A stretch of 64,000 nucleotides of DNA from Picochlorum sp. SENEW3 (taxonomy: Eukaryota), in NCBI GenBank assembly GCA_034226945.1, contig CP120457.1:558001-622000 (forward strand). The letters run 5' to 3'. The notes under the pieces are model-generated. The model worked only from the letters and a program-made list of their open reading frames with translations. It did no database searches and had not been told where the DNA came from. The position numbers and the translations under genes are program-made. Positions 1-11,797 of the stretch are shown piece after piece; position 1 is the first letter of the stretch; the number at the start of each line of letters is the position of its first letter.

Positions 1-2174
1 CTGGCTTCCATATCTCTGCTATCAGGCAAAGCTTCATAAGTGCCGTCATCACCATCATCGTCTTCACAATAATCTACAGAAACTGCAGTACGCCGCCTCG
101 ATTTTCGGGCTGATCTACGAGCGCTAATATTGCTCGTATCATTATTTTCTGGGTCATTTTGCTCTGATTCTTGTTGCTGCAAGAACATCTGTAAATCCTT
201 TCCTGCGGAGGAAAGGTTCTGCGTTAGCAGGTCTACCTCAGCCTGAGTCTCTGCAAGCTTGGCTTTGCGCTCTTCTTCTGACATTTGTGGATTACTGCTA
301 GGTCTACCAAGCTTCATCAAGAGGAGTTTTTTGGATAATTTCCGACTCTCTAGCTTTTGAATCGTTTCTTTGAGCCCTTTGATCTTTGCACCTATATTAA
401 CATTGCCACGCGACACGGTGAATGATGGAATTTTCAAATCATCATTCAAACCTGGTACAGCTTCCTCTATGGATGCAATGGAGGGCTGATCCCTCAATTT
501 TTTCGCCAGCTCAAAAGTACTTTTGTGGACTGCGTCTAGCTGCTCAGATGATGATCCAATATCACCTGTATTAGTATCCGTCGCTTCATCCACAGTGATT
601 TTATTGCTGACCAATTTATGCAGGGACATTTTTGGAGCTGATACAAAATCACCTACTGGCTCTTCCAAAGTTTTCATATGATCCGCCGCCGCTTCTCCAG
701 TACTTTGTAGTCCAATGACAACACAGTATCCCGCTTTGAGCGCCTCTTCTGTCATCTGTGTGATGGTTGGTACCTTGGCAGCCATCAGCATGCTCTTGAA
801 AAACCTCTGATGAGCCCCCCAGTATACAGTAGGCCATCTTTTAGACCCCATAACTTGCATGATGTCGTATAATTGCATCCAAACCTCACAGCTCCTTTCA
901 TACATTACCAAAAACTGCTTCTCCAGGAAAGCCTTGGTCATCTCAAACTCTGCCCCATCATACGACAGTGACCTCGCCAAATATGCCCCGGCGGCTTTCA
1001 AACTCATCGCAGCAAGTTCTAAAGCATCAAGCCTTGCATTGCTTAAAATTTCGATGAGGTTTGCAGCGGTCCCTTCGCCGATACCTCCAAGTCCCAATCT
1101 CACCATGTATGCCATATTTCTGGGCTCTGATGCACCAGTAGCAGATGAATACACCACTTTGGCATTCGGAAGTACTTCTTGAATATGCAAAACTGCCCTA
1201 CCTGTCTGTGTAGGCACACTTCCGACAGTTGGTAGCAGATTCTTTGCCTTGTGAGACTCATCAAAAATCAGCAATCCTCCCTCAGGGCAGTCTTTCAGCC
1301 AATCTATCACCACCTTCAAATTACTCTTCGGACCAATGTTTGCAAGAGATTGAAGATCACTTCCATCCATCTGTGAGTCATCCCTGTCCTTATCGTACTG
1401 GCTTCCCTTGGTCCTCTTTGCCTTTGGTAACCCATACCTCAACAAAGAGTATGTCATAAAGGTGACTCCATCAAACGAGCGACTCGGAATCCCACTGTCA
1501 TGCACAGCAATATGATTCGCATCAATATCATCCAAATCCCTCCTCGAATCAATGCGAAGATCCTGCGATACAGATATCCACAAAATCCGCCTTCCCCCAT
1601 CATGCCAGTGCTGTTTAATCATGGCGGCAATCTGCCGCCCTTTCCCCACACCTGCTCCATCGCCTAGGAAAAAACCAGGTCGAGGTCTATCTTGCATTCT
1701 AAACCTCATATTCGCGTATACGACGGACTCCATTTGCGCATCACTCAGAACTCCCTCAGCAACCTCGTTATGCAAGCAGTGATCAAATGCCACTGGAGGC
1801 AGAGTCACTGATCTCAATGATGATGTCTCCACCAGCGGATCAGGATGCCCTTTAATATTCGGATGCATATCTCGCATGGCCACTGACATATATCGAGAAT
1901 ACGTCAGTTCATCCTCCCCATCATCCTCTCCAATTACATGATCATCATCCTGCTCCTGCGCCTTCTTGTCAGCATCTCCTGCCCGGGGAACCTCTTTTCT
2001 GTCCATACTTGCCCGGCGCTCATTCGTCCTTGCGTCATCAGTACCTCGGATACCCTCCCGTACACCTTGCGACGCAGGAGGACCGTCTCTATTCGCCTGA
2101 CTACCCAGATTCGTCCCTGGACTTGGTCCGTCAGCCCAAGGTTCAGAGAAGGCTGTAAAAGGCCCATCCATCAT
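1..2174 (-). CDS. SBNO: Strawberry notch / FORGETTER1-like helicase-family protein (5' part; runs off the window start)
   Basis: Not in the ORF track. My manual minus-strand translation from the ATG at 2174 gives HPDPLVETSSLRSV, LSDAQMESVVYA, GFFLGDGAGVGKGRQIA, ILWISVSQDL..D..RDL, FDESHKAKNL and YSSATGASEPRNMAYM, which are Sno/AAA_34 motifs. Confidence 0.9.
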   Translation of the reverse strand, partial: MMDGPFTAFSEPWADGPSPGTNLGSQANRDGPPASQGVREGIRGTDDARTNERRASMDRKEVPRAGDADKKAQEQDDDHVIGEDDGEDELTYSRYMSVAMRDMHPNIKGHPDPLVETSSLRSVTLPPVAFDHCLHNEVAEGVLSDAQMESVVYANMRFRMQDRPRPGFFLGDGAGVGKGRQIAAMIKQHWHDGGRRILWISVSQDLRIDSRRDLDDIDANHIAVHDSGIPSRSFDGVTFMTYSLLRYGLPKAKRTKGSQYDKDRDDSQMDGSDLQSLANIGPKSNLKVVIDWLKDCPEGGLLIFDESHKAKNLLPTVGSVPTQTGRAVLHIQEVLPNAKVVYSSATGASEPRNMAYMVRLGLGGIGEGTAANLIEILSNARLDALELAAMSLKAAGAYLARSLSYDGAEFEMTKAFLEKQFLVMYERSCEVWMQLYDIMQVMGSKRWPTVYWGAHQRFFKSMLMAAKVPTITQMTEEALKAGYCVVIGLQSTGEAAADHMKTLEEPVGDFVSAPKMSLHKLVSNKITVDEATDTNTGDIGSSSEQLDAVHKSTFELAKKLRDQPSIASIEEAVPGLNDDLKIPSFTVSRGNVNIGAKIKGLKETIQKLESRKLSKKLLLMKLGRPSSNPQMSEEERKAKLAETQAEVDLLTQNLSSAGKDLQMFLQQQESEQNDPENNDTSNISARRSARKSRRRTAVSVDYCEDDDGDDGTYEALPDSRDMEA

Positions 2175-2881
2175 AAGATTACTATTCACAGCACTCATTA
2201 TTAACTTTTGTGATACTTATATGTCTTCTACTGCGACACTGGCGCATAAATACCGCAAGATTCTCCCGTGTCGCTACGTGACCTGATGTCCCGTTCACAA
2301 CCAACCCTGTGATACGCGTTTCCTGCACCCATACACACGTTCTAGTCATCGAAACATATTTAAATACTACAATACATCGAAAATGACCAACGCACAGGTA
2401 GGGTAGACCACAGAGACAAAGAACGGTTCTAGCTAATTTGAAACGAGTTCAAGTCCAGAAAACCGCCACCTACGAAGAGTTGTGGGCAGACGGTGCCTTC
2501 ACAGACTCAATTTACTATTAAAAATACTGAATGTGTCGAAAAAAGCTGAAACTATTGTGATGAAAACCGCAGGATGGATGGGCCTTTGGAAAAGTTCCGT
2601 AAATGAAACTATTCAGATGCATCTGGATATGCATGTCCTTGGTCTTGAGCTGTAAAAATTTTGATATTTGCATAATAGAACCGTATTGTTGTTGAATCCT
2701 TCACCTATTCAACGAGTACAAGGACGACTGTGTGGCAAAAACCATTTCAGAACAACAACAATCGAATTAAGGTCTCTTGATGCATGATTTGTCCATCTAC
2801 AGTGCATAATTTAATAGTAGTAGTAGTTTTTTTGGAAAGCGCGTACATATCTGAAAGGCTGCGCCGTTGAAATTAGAAAGC

Positions 2882-5530
2882 ATGTATTCTTCTAGTGGTC
2901 AAGGGAGAAGGGAAGGACAAGCCTTCATGTCAGCTATGGGTCATCCTTCGGCAACCACTGGTTCGAATGTATTTGGTAGTGGTTCTAGTGCCTTGGGGAA
3001 GGGAGGAAAGGATGGAGGTCGGACTCGACTGGGTGGAGAGCCTCAGCAGCAGTCATGGGATGCAACGACGTACCATGGGTTGTTGGCCATTCTGGAGGAT
3101 TCGCGGGCTCCCATTGCGGCATCGTGCGCAGCTGTGGAAGAATGTTTGAGTTTGAATAAGGATAATTTGAGAGGGTTTTTTGAAGAGTGTTTTGCTCCAT
3201 TGGTGGCCAAGATTTTTGGATATAGTGGTGGTGGATATGGAGGGGGGTGGTTGAGTCAGGTGTCCTGGTCTTCGACGGGGTCACGTGGTGATGACGGGTT
3301 TCAAAAGGATCATCTAAGAAAAGGATTATTGATGAAAGGAGGGAAAGATCACGGTGGGAGTGTGAAGAAGGGTGGATCATCATTAGAGGTGTCTGATGCA
3401 GCTGCACTGAGGAGATTGTTGTCTCCGCAGGGAAAGCTCTTCATGGCCATGTATAACGCTGATTGTGATGGGACGATAAAGTTTCACTTTCCTAGGCAAA
3501 GACTTCCGACATGTACGCAGCTTCTTATGGACGGGAGAGGGTTGAGTTTGCTTGCTCTGTGGCCTCAGTATGAGACATGTCTGAATACCCAAGCTCGTGC
3601 GGAGCAGCAGCATATTCACGTCTCTGTATTTCAGTACTTTTGTTACTGGTTTGCATTTTATGCAATCAAAGGGGGATCTGGTGTGTATGATACTTCTCTG
3701 TCATCGTCAAGGAGACTGTTGGGACAAGCAGGTGGCAAAGCTGGTGGTTTACAGACAATTGGGAAAAGGGCTGCTGATGTGCTGCATCTTCGAAGTGGTC
3801 GAAGTGGAAGCGGGGTTAGTAAGAATATGTATGTGTTGCTGCTGAGAGATTTGTTGCATGAGTATTTGCCTCGTCCAATAGATTCTAGAGAGGATGAGGG
3901 GTTGCTTGATGGGCATGCCATTGATCATGGAAGAGGGGGTGCCTTGTTTTCGTCATATCAGAACAAGCCTGGAACTGGATTGTTGTTATATTCAATTTTG
4001 CTGGAATTTTGGTTGAAGGATGCTGATGAGCGATTGGAAGATGCAGCTCTGCCTGCGAGTGGAGCTCATTCAATTGGTGGGCAGCGTGGGTTGATGACTC
4101 AGAGGGCAACATGGGGATCCTCGTATGATCCGCCGCCAGAGAATGTGTTGGAAGTGGTAGAGGAACTGACAAAATATATCATGGTGTATCAACTTAAGGA
4201 TGAGAATGTTCCAGCACAGTCTGGTGCATCTTGGCTCCCTTTGAGCCCTGTGCTTTGTCAAGCTCGTGATGTGTTCAACAGAAAGACCCACACGAGTGGT
4301 GGACATAAAAACGTTCTCCAGGGACCTCGAATTTTGGGTCTACCTGGATCAATGGGATGTCAGGCGTATGGTAGACAGCTGTACAGATTATTCCGTAGGG
4401 CATTTTCTTCTTGGCCTGACCAGCGAACTATCAAGCCATTGCTGAGGGGTTTTCTTGCTGTACTTGCCCCCTGGCAGGTTGGAACGACATCGAGCTCGAT
4501 ATCCTCAAGCTCAACGAAATCTCCATATGCCAACCAAGAAGGAGCGACAGGTATTAAGGGTAAAATGTCGGATCTCGCCCATATGGTCGGTCTTGATGGA
4601 CAGAAGAACTCAAAGGCAAAGGTGAATTATTATACAGATGAATGGGAGCACCATGTCTTGGCGCATGTGCCATTTTACCTAGACCTTGTTCCATTGTTTT
4701 TAGAACTCTCAGTCTCTCGGATTGGTGCGCGTGGTGAGGCATCTGTTCAAGACGTTCACAAAGTGATGTCTGTATTTGAAAAGTCAGAGTCTTTGGTGTC
4801 TCTTCTAAAAGAACTAGAGCAGGATGTGAACAAATGCTATGCATCTCAACCAAGACGTGCCGATGGTAAGCATGCAGAGATTATACCTTGGATTATCGAC
4901 CAAGCAGAGAACTGGAAGCACCATGCCACCTCATCTGCAACACACGCTGAGAAGAAGAAGGACCCAGTCAGACCTCGAACCTTATTCTCAATGTTTTCTG
5001 CTGAAATTCCATGCGCTGCACTCAGTGCAAACGATATTCTGTGTACAACATCTGGAATACTGAAAGCAGATGCCCAGAAAGCTTTGGAAAAATGCTTTGT
5101 GAAGACATTACCCATGACTGATGTACATGCTGCTGGGCATGAAGCTGATGCCAGGTCAGCATATACACACGAGCTTGGTGATATTATGAAGATACAGAAA
5201 AGCACATGGATGGATGTCAGGTTCAAAGGTGATGTTTTGCGTGCTCCAAGGACATCATACGAGATAATATACCTTGTTGACCTCATGATTCATCTCAGTG
5301 AAATGCTCAATGCAAAGATTGGATTGGATGTGCCGTGTCGCGATGGAGAAATTCCTGAAAACATTATACAAGAATATATATACGGATTACGACGAAGAAA
5401 TTGGCGGATCAATATGAGGCCCATCGCAGACATTCGAAATTTGTTTTGGACTCCAGTCTTGCTCTCGGCATGCATCATGATAGCCCGACTCGTATACTGG
5501 AGCATTGTTGTTGCATTCCAAGATGCATGA
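2882..5530 (+). CDS. Sphingomyelin phosphodiesterase 4 (SMPD4)-like protein with C-terminal TM helix
   Basis: Uninterrupted ~880 aa ORF. Motifs YFCYWFAFY, ILLEFWL, LFRRAFSSWP, FKGD...P..SYEI and RINMRPIAD precede a C-terminal hydrophobic segment, as in the SMPD4 family. Start codon uncertain. Confidence 0.65.
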   Translation: MYSSSGQGRREGQAFMSAMGHPSATTGSNVFGSGSSALGKGGKDGGRTRLGGEPQQQSWDATTYHGLLAILEDSRAPIAASCAAVEECLSLNKDNLRGFFEECFAPLVAKIFGYSGGGYGGGWLSQVSWSSTGSRGDDGFQKDHLRKGLLMKGGKDHGGSVKKGGSSLEVSDAAALRRLLSPQGKLFMAMYNADCDGTIKFHFPRQRLPTCTQLLMDGRGLSLLALWPQYETCLNTQARAEQQHIHVSVFQYFCYWFAFYAIKGGSGVYDTSLSSSRRLLGQAGGKAGGLQTIGKRAADVLHLRSGRSGSGVSKNMYVLLLRDLLHEYLPRPIDSREDEGLLDGHAIDHGRGGALFSSYQNKPGTGLLLYSILLEFWLKDADERLEDAALPASGAHSIGGQRGLMTQRATWGSSYDPPPENVLEVVEELTKYIMVYQLKDENVPAQSGASWLPLSPVLCQARDVFNRKTHTSGGHKNVLQGPRILGLPGSMGCQAYGRQLYRLFRRAFSSWPDQRTIKPLLRGFLAVLAPWQVGTTSSSISSSSTKSPYANQEGATGIKGKMSDLAHMVGLDGQKNSKAKVNYYTDEWEHHVLAHVPFYLDLVPLFLELSVSRIGARGEASVQDVHKVMSVFEKSESLVSLLKELEQDVNKCYASQPRRADGKHAEIIPWIIDQAENWKHHATSSATHAEKKKDPVRPRTLFSMFSAEIPCAALSANDILCTTSGILKADAQKALEKCFVKTLPMTDVHAAGHEADARSAYTHELGDIMKIQKSTWMDVRFKGDVLRAPRTSYEIIYLVDLMIHLSEMLNAKIGLDVPCRDGEIPENIIQEYIYGLRRRNWRINMRPIADIRNLFWTPVLLSACIMIARLVYWSIVVAFQDA

Positions 5531-5574
5531 CATGAATGATGGGCTTATATATTTATTATTACATGAATAAATCT

Positions 5575-6870
5575 CTAACTCTTCTGTTGGTGCTCTCTCA
5601 AAACTTGCACAACACTCTTGAAAGCAAACCATTCTGGAATCTCCTCTCCAGCCCTCAGCATCTTTCTGAATTTGGTTCCGCTCAACTTCTTCACGGAAAG
5701 ACCCTCCTTCTCAGCGATATCTGCTGTAATGTATCCCTTCTCCTCAGTGAAGACAACATTCAAAGAAGGCACAGTCTGCATTCCGAGCTCTGGTGCATGC
5801 TCCATGGCAAGATTCTGTGCATCATAAGCACCGTAAAAGTCTTCTCCTGTAAGAGAAGATTTGCATCCAGCCATATCTCTTCCAATAATAAAGTGAGTGC
5901 ATCCATAATTCTTTCTGATCAACATGTGCTGAATTGCTTCACGTGGACCAGCCATGTGCATGGAATATGGCAGATATGCCCATCTCACACGTGGATTATC
6001 CACTTCCTTTTGGAGCACCTCATACGTATGGTATCTCACAATTCCTGGAATGTCATCATTCTGTGTTGGTCCACATGTTGGGTGGACAAGAACCACCCCA
6101 TCATCTGAGACATTTGGAGCATCCAAAGACCTGATGAAGAGCTCATAATGGGCTCTGTGGATTGGGTTGCGGCACTGGAAAGCAACAACATCAGCCTTCT
6201 CTGGAAGACCAGCCCTCACCTCCTCTGGCGTAGCACATGGGAAGACGCGCTCAGGAAGGTTGAGTCCCTGAATCTTGCCTCCCAAATACAATGGTCCCCT
6301 CTCCCAAGCAACCATCTGAACAGCTGGATGCTCCAATGACGTAGAACCATAGCAATTGGAAGTCTCCTTCACCTTATCTGGCTGCCATCGTGACTCAACA
6401 TCCATAACGGCAATATCCTTGCCCTTGTATGTCATCAAAATCTTGCTGCCTGGCTTGATGGCATCATTCGCGGTATCCATGACAACTGGAATCCCAAACA
6501 AAAGTCCATTTGGAAGGCGCATCTTATCCACCACAGACTCGTACGCATCCTCATTCATGAATCCGTCCAGAGGGGTGAATCCACCCACAGTCAAGAGCTC
6601 AACATCACATGCCTGTCTCTCATTCAATTCAATCTTGTAGTTGCATGCAGAAGCAAGCTTTGCCGCCTCAGCCTGCTCCTTCACCATCAAGTTCACCAAA
6701 CTGTCCTGTCCGTGAGGCTTGATCTTACCATCTGCACCCCATGACGTGGCTGCCGCAGCAGAGTGAGTTGAAAAGGAGTTTGCCACGCAGGCTTCAGAAG
6801 CGACGGAAGAAGACCCGATCGTCGACTGTTTCAGTAAGGCATTTGCCACTCTTCTTCTAAATGCCTGCAT
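5575..6870 (-). CDS. sat: ATP sulfurylase (sulfate adenylyltransferase) with N-terminal targeting extension
   Basis: Motifs AFQCRNPIHRAH, GGFTPLDGFM, AGPREAIQH..IRKNYGCTHFIIGRDMAG and LSGTKFR. First ATG at 6870. Confidence 0.95.
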   Translation of the reverse strand: MQAFRRRVANALLKQSTIGSSSVASEACVANSFSTHSAAAATSWGADGKIKPHGQDSLVNLMVKEQAEAAKLASACNYKIELNERQACDVELLTVGGFTPLDGFMNEDAYESVVDKMRLPNGLLFGIPVVMDTANDAIKPGSKILMTYKGKDIAVMDVESRWQPDKVKETSNCYGSTSLEHPAVQMVAWERGPLYLGGKIQGLNLPERVFPCATPEEVRAGLPEKADVVAFQCRNPIHRAHYELFIRSLDAPNVSDDGVVLVHPTCGPTQNDDIPGIVRYHTYEVLQKEVDNPRVRWAYLPYSMHMAGPREAIQHMLIRKNYGCTHFIIGRDMAGCKSSLTGEDFYGAYDAQNLAMEHAPELGMQTVPSLNVVFTEEKGYITADIAEKEGLSVKKLSGTKFRKMLRAGEEIPEWFAFKSVVQVLREHQQKS

Positions 6871-7283
6871 TTTCAGCACCAATGATGAAAATCAAACTCA
6901 ACGTTGTGAAATCTTGCGTCACCAGCAGCAATGATCTCAGATGCACGAATATCCGTGTATGCTATGCTATGTGACAATGGATGATTGAATATCCTTATTG
7001 ATCTAATATAGAACAAAGAATTCAACCAATCGTAACACAATCATGGTGCCATCGACGAGGAATTCCGCCGATGCCATCCGCCAGTCAATAATATTCCTTC
7101 CCATCAAACCTCAGTTTGATGGTCAATACTGAACCAGTGAGCGCAGAAGCAACGAGGGCTGCTGCTTTGAGCATATCTGGCAACACACATTGCCCATTCT
7201 CCATCACATTCTGACTTAATAAATACATCAGAGTTTGGATCTGAGAATATATTGAGAATTCGCAGGCCCAGTCTCAGAGAAGA

Positions 7284-8222
7284 ATGGCTGCCGCAACGGT
7301 CTCAGGTCAATCGGTACCACAACAGGCCGACACGACCACAATCACTCGTCTTATTGACGGATCCAGAATGTTCTTTGCTGGTGGATTGGCAGGAGCAACT
7401 GCGAGAACAGCAACAGCCCCTCTTGACCGTATCAAGCTCCTGTTTCAGGTGCAAGCTGTTGCTTCTTCGGGCACTTCGGCCACTGCATACACAGGAGTGG
7501 GACAAGCAGCGTCTAAAATTATCCGCGAAGAGGGGGTTTTAGCGTTTTGGAAAGGGAACGGGACCAATATCATCCGCATTTTCCCCTACTCTGCAGCACA
7601 ATTGGCAGCAAATGATCAATACAAACGGTTAGTTGTGGACCCAACGACAGGAGAGCTGACGGTGCCCCGTCGATTGATTGCTGGAGCGTGTGCAGGGATG
7701 ACAGCAACAGCACTCACACATCCTCTAGACACAGTGCGGCTTCGATTGGCACTCCCAAACAGTGGGTACAATGGCATGGCCCATGCCATGACAACCATGG
7801 TCAGGACTGAGGGTGTGATTTCATTATACAAAGGGTTGATCCCAACATTGATTGGTGTAGCTCCATACGCTGCCATTAATTTTGCGTCGTATGATATGCT
7901 GAAGAGGTGGGTATATGATGGCGGTCGAGTGCAGCAATCCACTGTATCCAATCTGCTCATGGGAGCAACAGCAGGAACTATAGCAGCAAGCTCTTGTTAT
8001 CCGTTAGATACTGTTAGAAGGAGAATGCAAATGAAGGGAAATACGTATAGAAACCAACTGCATGCTCTGTCAACGATTTGGGCAACTGAAGGGTTTAGAG
8101 GGTTTTATAGAGGTTGGGCTGCCAACACACTCAAGGTTGTTCCACAGAATGCTATTCGATTTGTATCATATGAAACGTTAAAGTCTCTGTTTGGAGTGAA
8201 GAAGGCAAAGACGGATACCTGA
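7284..8222 (+). CDS. Mitochondrial-carrier-family ADP/ATP carrier (thylakoid/envelope TAAC-like)
   Basis: Three PxDxxK/R signatures (APLDRIK, HPLDTVR, YPLDTVRRRMQ) plus FWKGN..NIIRIFPYSAAQL. Confidence 0.9.
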   Translation: MAAATVSGQSVPQQADTTTITRLIDGSRMFFAGGLAGATARTATAPLDRIKLLFQVQAVASSGTSATAYTGVGQAASKIIREEGVLAFWKGNGTNIIRIFPYSAAQLAANDQYKRLVVDPTTGELTVPRRLIAGACAGMTATALTHPLDTVRLRLALPNSGYNGMAHAMTTMVRTEGVISLYKGLIPTLIGVAPYAAINFASYDMLKRWVYDGGRVQQSTVSNLLMGATAGTIAASSCYPLDTVRRRMQMKGNTYRNQLHALSTIWATEGFRGFYRGWAANTLKVVPQNAIRFVSYETLKSLFGVKKAKTDT

Positions 8223-9239
8223 TGGAATGATACGTAATGATGTGTGTTGGTTTTTTGTACTCTTCTTCTACCATGGATGTGAATACAATTGACATTTGTA
8301 ATACCTAGATACATACATATATTCATTCAGACGTACGTGTGCACAGAAAGTAATTGACACACATTATTATTGGGTCCCTATAATCCATGCATTGGAGAGA
8401 GGTACAACGAATTCAGGTTCCTCAAAGCACAGGTGGAGGTCTGCCTGGTTCTGTCATCGTGGCGTCCTCCTGTATAGCGCATGTTGCATATCATCTGATA
8501 ATTTTAATAAATAATAAGGGTTGTGATATGACATGAGAAATGGATAGGCCATCGGGTTCCAAGTGAACGAGGTGATGTAATAGTCTTGTGGCCCATAATA
8601 ACCCCAAACGCCAACTTTTTTCATCGACATACCTATTGATGAAACCCTCACGCGCCATCGATAACTTACCTGGCGCCCTCCCGTCGACTCATGCAATCGG
8701 CGGGGGCTTGCGATCGGTCTGCCCTTGCACCTTGGCTGACTGTCGTGGGCCACAGCAACGCTGTGGGACGCTTTATTTTTGTTAGCTCGAGTGTCGCACT
8801 AGTTTGCGCCTCGGGACCCTCCCCGTCACATTATCGACATACAATCTACCAAACAGTATCACGACGTTCAACATCACAACACGACCCACTTGGTGAGTCA
8901 CCAATGGAAAAAGCCACCCAACATTGCCTGCCAGGAGAGCTCCAGTCTAGGACTCGTTTCTCTTCTCTCTCTCTACTAACCTGGACACATCCGTAGGATT
9001 CTCATGACATGTTACAAGCAATCATATCCATGGTAATGCACCGCTTGCGTCAAATGGAATTCCCACTAAATTATCTGCTGATACCCTGCCCATCATCACA
9101 AATTGCCCTGATGATGACCTCTGCAGACTCGTGATCAGGTCTCATGAGACCCTCCTGCAGCTGCAGGGCACATGCTACCAAAAAACAAAGAGTCCATCCA
9201 TGCCCCAATCCCATCAGAAAAATTTGATTTGGATTTACC

Positions 9240-10875
9240 ATGAACATTGCATTGAAAACCCCTAATTTTTCTCGAAGGATTGACAAGACACAGAGTTCCA
9301 GGGGTGGTCGAGTGGCGATGTTGGCTGGGAAAGAAGATGCATCCCCTGCCCCAGCGGCAAACCTGGCAGAAAAGGCATCAGTCATGCTGCGACAGGACAG
9401 TGTTCCTGTAGCAGAGCGTGAGGATGGACTTGGTACGTATGAATAGTTGCAGTGCTGAGCGTATGTGTGAAACCCAAAGAGTGAGACACACGTACTCAAT
9501 AATACATGTCCTTTTCTGCGGATTTCATGCATCATTTCATGTATTTACGTGTGCAGAATATCTTCGAATCCATGATATTCGTGATTCGTTGGTGGAAAGA
9601 GACTCGCCTTTTGTCTTGGACAATAATGCCGGAGGAGGGTTTGTAGGCGACAAGGATTTACTGCAAATCAATATCATGCAGTATGAATCTGAGCATTCAA
9701 GTGGAGCACAGTGTCAAGGACTGAGCGATCCGGAGTCAGGGGCGTGCTTGGCGCTTCCACAGTTTGCCCTCCGATCTGGACCCAGGGCAAAAATTTACCA
9801 CGACCCATCTCAGGTGACTGCAGCATTGGTGACGTGTGGTGGGCTTTGTCCCGGATTGAACGATGTCGTTTTGAATATTGTGACGACATTGTTGGAATAC
9901 GGTGTCCCAGAAGATCAGATTTTCGGGATTAAATATGGGCTGCGAGGGTTTTTGGATCGCCATGCCAAACCAGTCCAGCTGGGGCGTAGAGAGGTGGATG
10001 GCATTCAGTTGAAAGGAGGGACTGTACTGGGAACATCCCGTGGAAACGCCAAGATTAAGGATATTGTAGATAGATTGAGGTTGTGGGGTGTGAATCACTT
10101 GTATGTGATTGGTGGAAATGGGGGGAATGCAGCGGCACATGCCATTGCTCAAGAATGCCTGAAGCAAAATGTGGTTTGTAATGTGGTTGGTGTTCCAAAA
10201 TCGATTGATAATGATATTCAGATCATTGATAAATGCTTTGGGTTTGATACCGCTGTTGAAGAGGCTCAGAGATCTCTTATTTGCGCCAGAGTAGAGGCAA
10301 AATCTGCAGCTGGCATTGCCATTGTCAAGCTCATGGGGCGCCAATCAGGGTTTATCGCCATGAATGCATCCATGGCATCCGGGGTTGTTGATGTTTGCCT
10401 TATTCCAGAGATTAAATTCTCTATGGCCAAGCTTTTGGAGCATATTGGGAAGATTTTGAACAAGAAGGACTATTGCGTGGTGTGTGTTGCTGAGGGTGCA
10501 GGTCAGGATGTGTTGGATGGGTCTGCTGGTGGCACTGACGCGTCTGGTAACCCAATCCTCAAAGATATTGGTACATTCTTGAGAGATGCATTCAAGCATG
10601 AGTTTAAAGGAGTGGATGTGAAGTATATCGATCCCAGTTATATGATTCGCTCTATTCCAACAATCACAACTGACAGAATTTATTGCAAGGTATTGGGGCA
10701 AGCTGCTGTGCATGGGGCGTTTGCAGGATTCACAGATTTTACGGCTGGATTGGTGAATACGCATTACGTGATGCTCCCAACCACGACGATTATCCAGTCT
10801 GCACGAACTGTTGATCCTAAAGGACGACAATGGAACAGGCTGAAAACAGCAATCAGGCAACCTGATCTGTATTGA
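9240..10875 (+). CDS. PFK: ATP-dependent 6-phosphofructokinase (plastid PFK5-like), 2 exons
   Basis: Motifs VTCGGLCPGLNDV, GGTVLGTSRG, IGGNG, PKSIDND and KLMGRQSG. Exon 1 is 9240-9432; a GT-AG intron at 9433-9556 joins in frame. Confidence 0.92.
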
Positions 10876-10978
10876 GATATGTATACACACGCGCGTTTGT
10901 AAATTGTTTTGTACAACAAAGAATGGTCTGTTACAGGCACATCGCTGTGTCAAAAAGACAAAAAAAAAGTAACATGAA

Positions 10979-11532
10979 TCAAGGCTGGAGATTGCTGATA
11001 TCAACTCCCTTGGACTCGTAGTATTGTTGAACAACACCAATAACCTTTGGGTACTTGCCGATTTCAAAGCCACAGTCTTCAAGACCTCTTAATTGCAATG
11101 CCGAGAATCCCAAATCTGCTTGGAGGCCTGAAATGAAATTATCTTGGCATCTCTCCAAGAGATCTGCTGCATCCAAACCAAACTGCTCAAATGACGTGTT
11201 GGTGTCAAGGTAATCCAATGATGGATCCTTTATGATATCCACGAGTGCAGCATAGCACGTGTCGCATCCCTCGGTGGTTCTCAAATCCCCTACACACAAC
11301 AATAGACACAAGAGTCAGAATGGTGGATTAGGCCTATCATGGCCTTGCTTGAGGAGAAGACATCCGTGTCCATGTCGGCACATGCATTCATTCAACAAAA
11401 CGTACGGCAAAAGCCCAAAACATTAGAGAAGTCGAAATCAAGGTATGTTTGCTCTGGAATAGGGCACTGTTGCGCCGACGACACCCCCAAGGTAGCCAAA
11501 GCAAATACAGCAAGAGTCTTCTTCATATTCAT
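10979..11532 (-). CDS. Small secreted 6-Cys protein (paralog 1), 2 exons
   Basis: Signal peptide MNMKKTLAVFALATLGVSSA followed by QQCPIPE...FC. Intron 11290-11405 (gtacgt...gtag) joins in frame to ...GCDTC...C...C...QQYY. Confidence 0.7.
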
Positions 11533-11797
11533 AGATGCACACACGATGATGTTCAAAAAATGATGTCGGCAATGTATTGCGTTATTTAATACTACTAGGA
11601 CACCAATGCGCTATCCAAAAATGAATGATATGCCACAATCATGGCGACGCGTCAGCATGAAAATGCTGACGCTACCCATGGGATGCAGGTGCCAAGGATT
11701 GGGTCTTCCAAGAAAAACATAACACGGGTCGTCGTGGCAAATTCACGTGCATGAGTGCCTTGCAGTGCGCTGCATGGGAAATGTTTACTGTTCTATT

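Noticed and set aside
649..2204. Several short ORFs listed in the track
   Set aside because: They are shadows of the long minus-strand strawberry notch frame that runs off the window edge.
8340..9070. Short ORFs and splice-like signals between the carrier and PFK genes
   Set aside because: I could not build a coherent gene model or find a recognisable motif.
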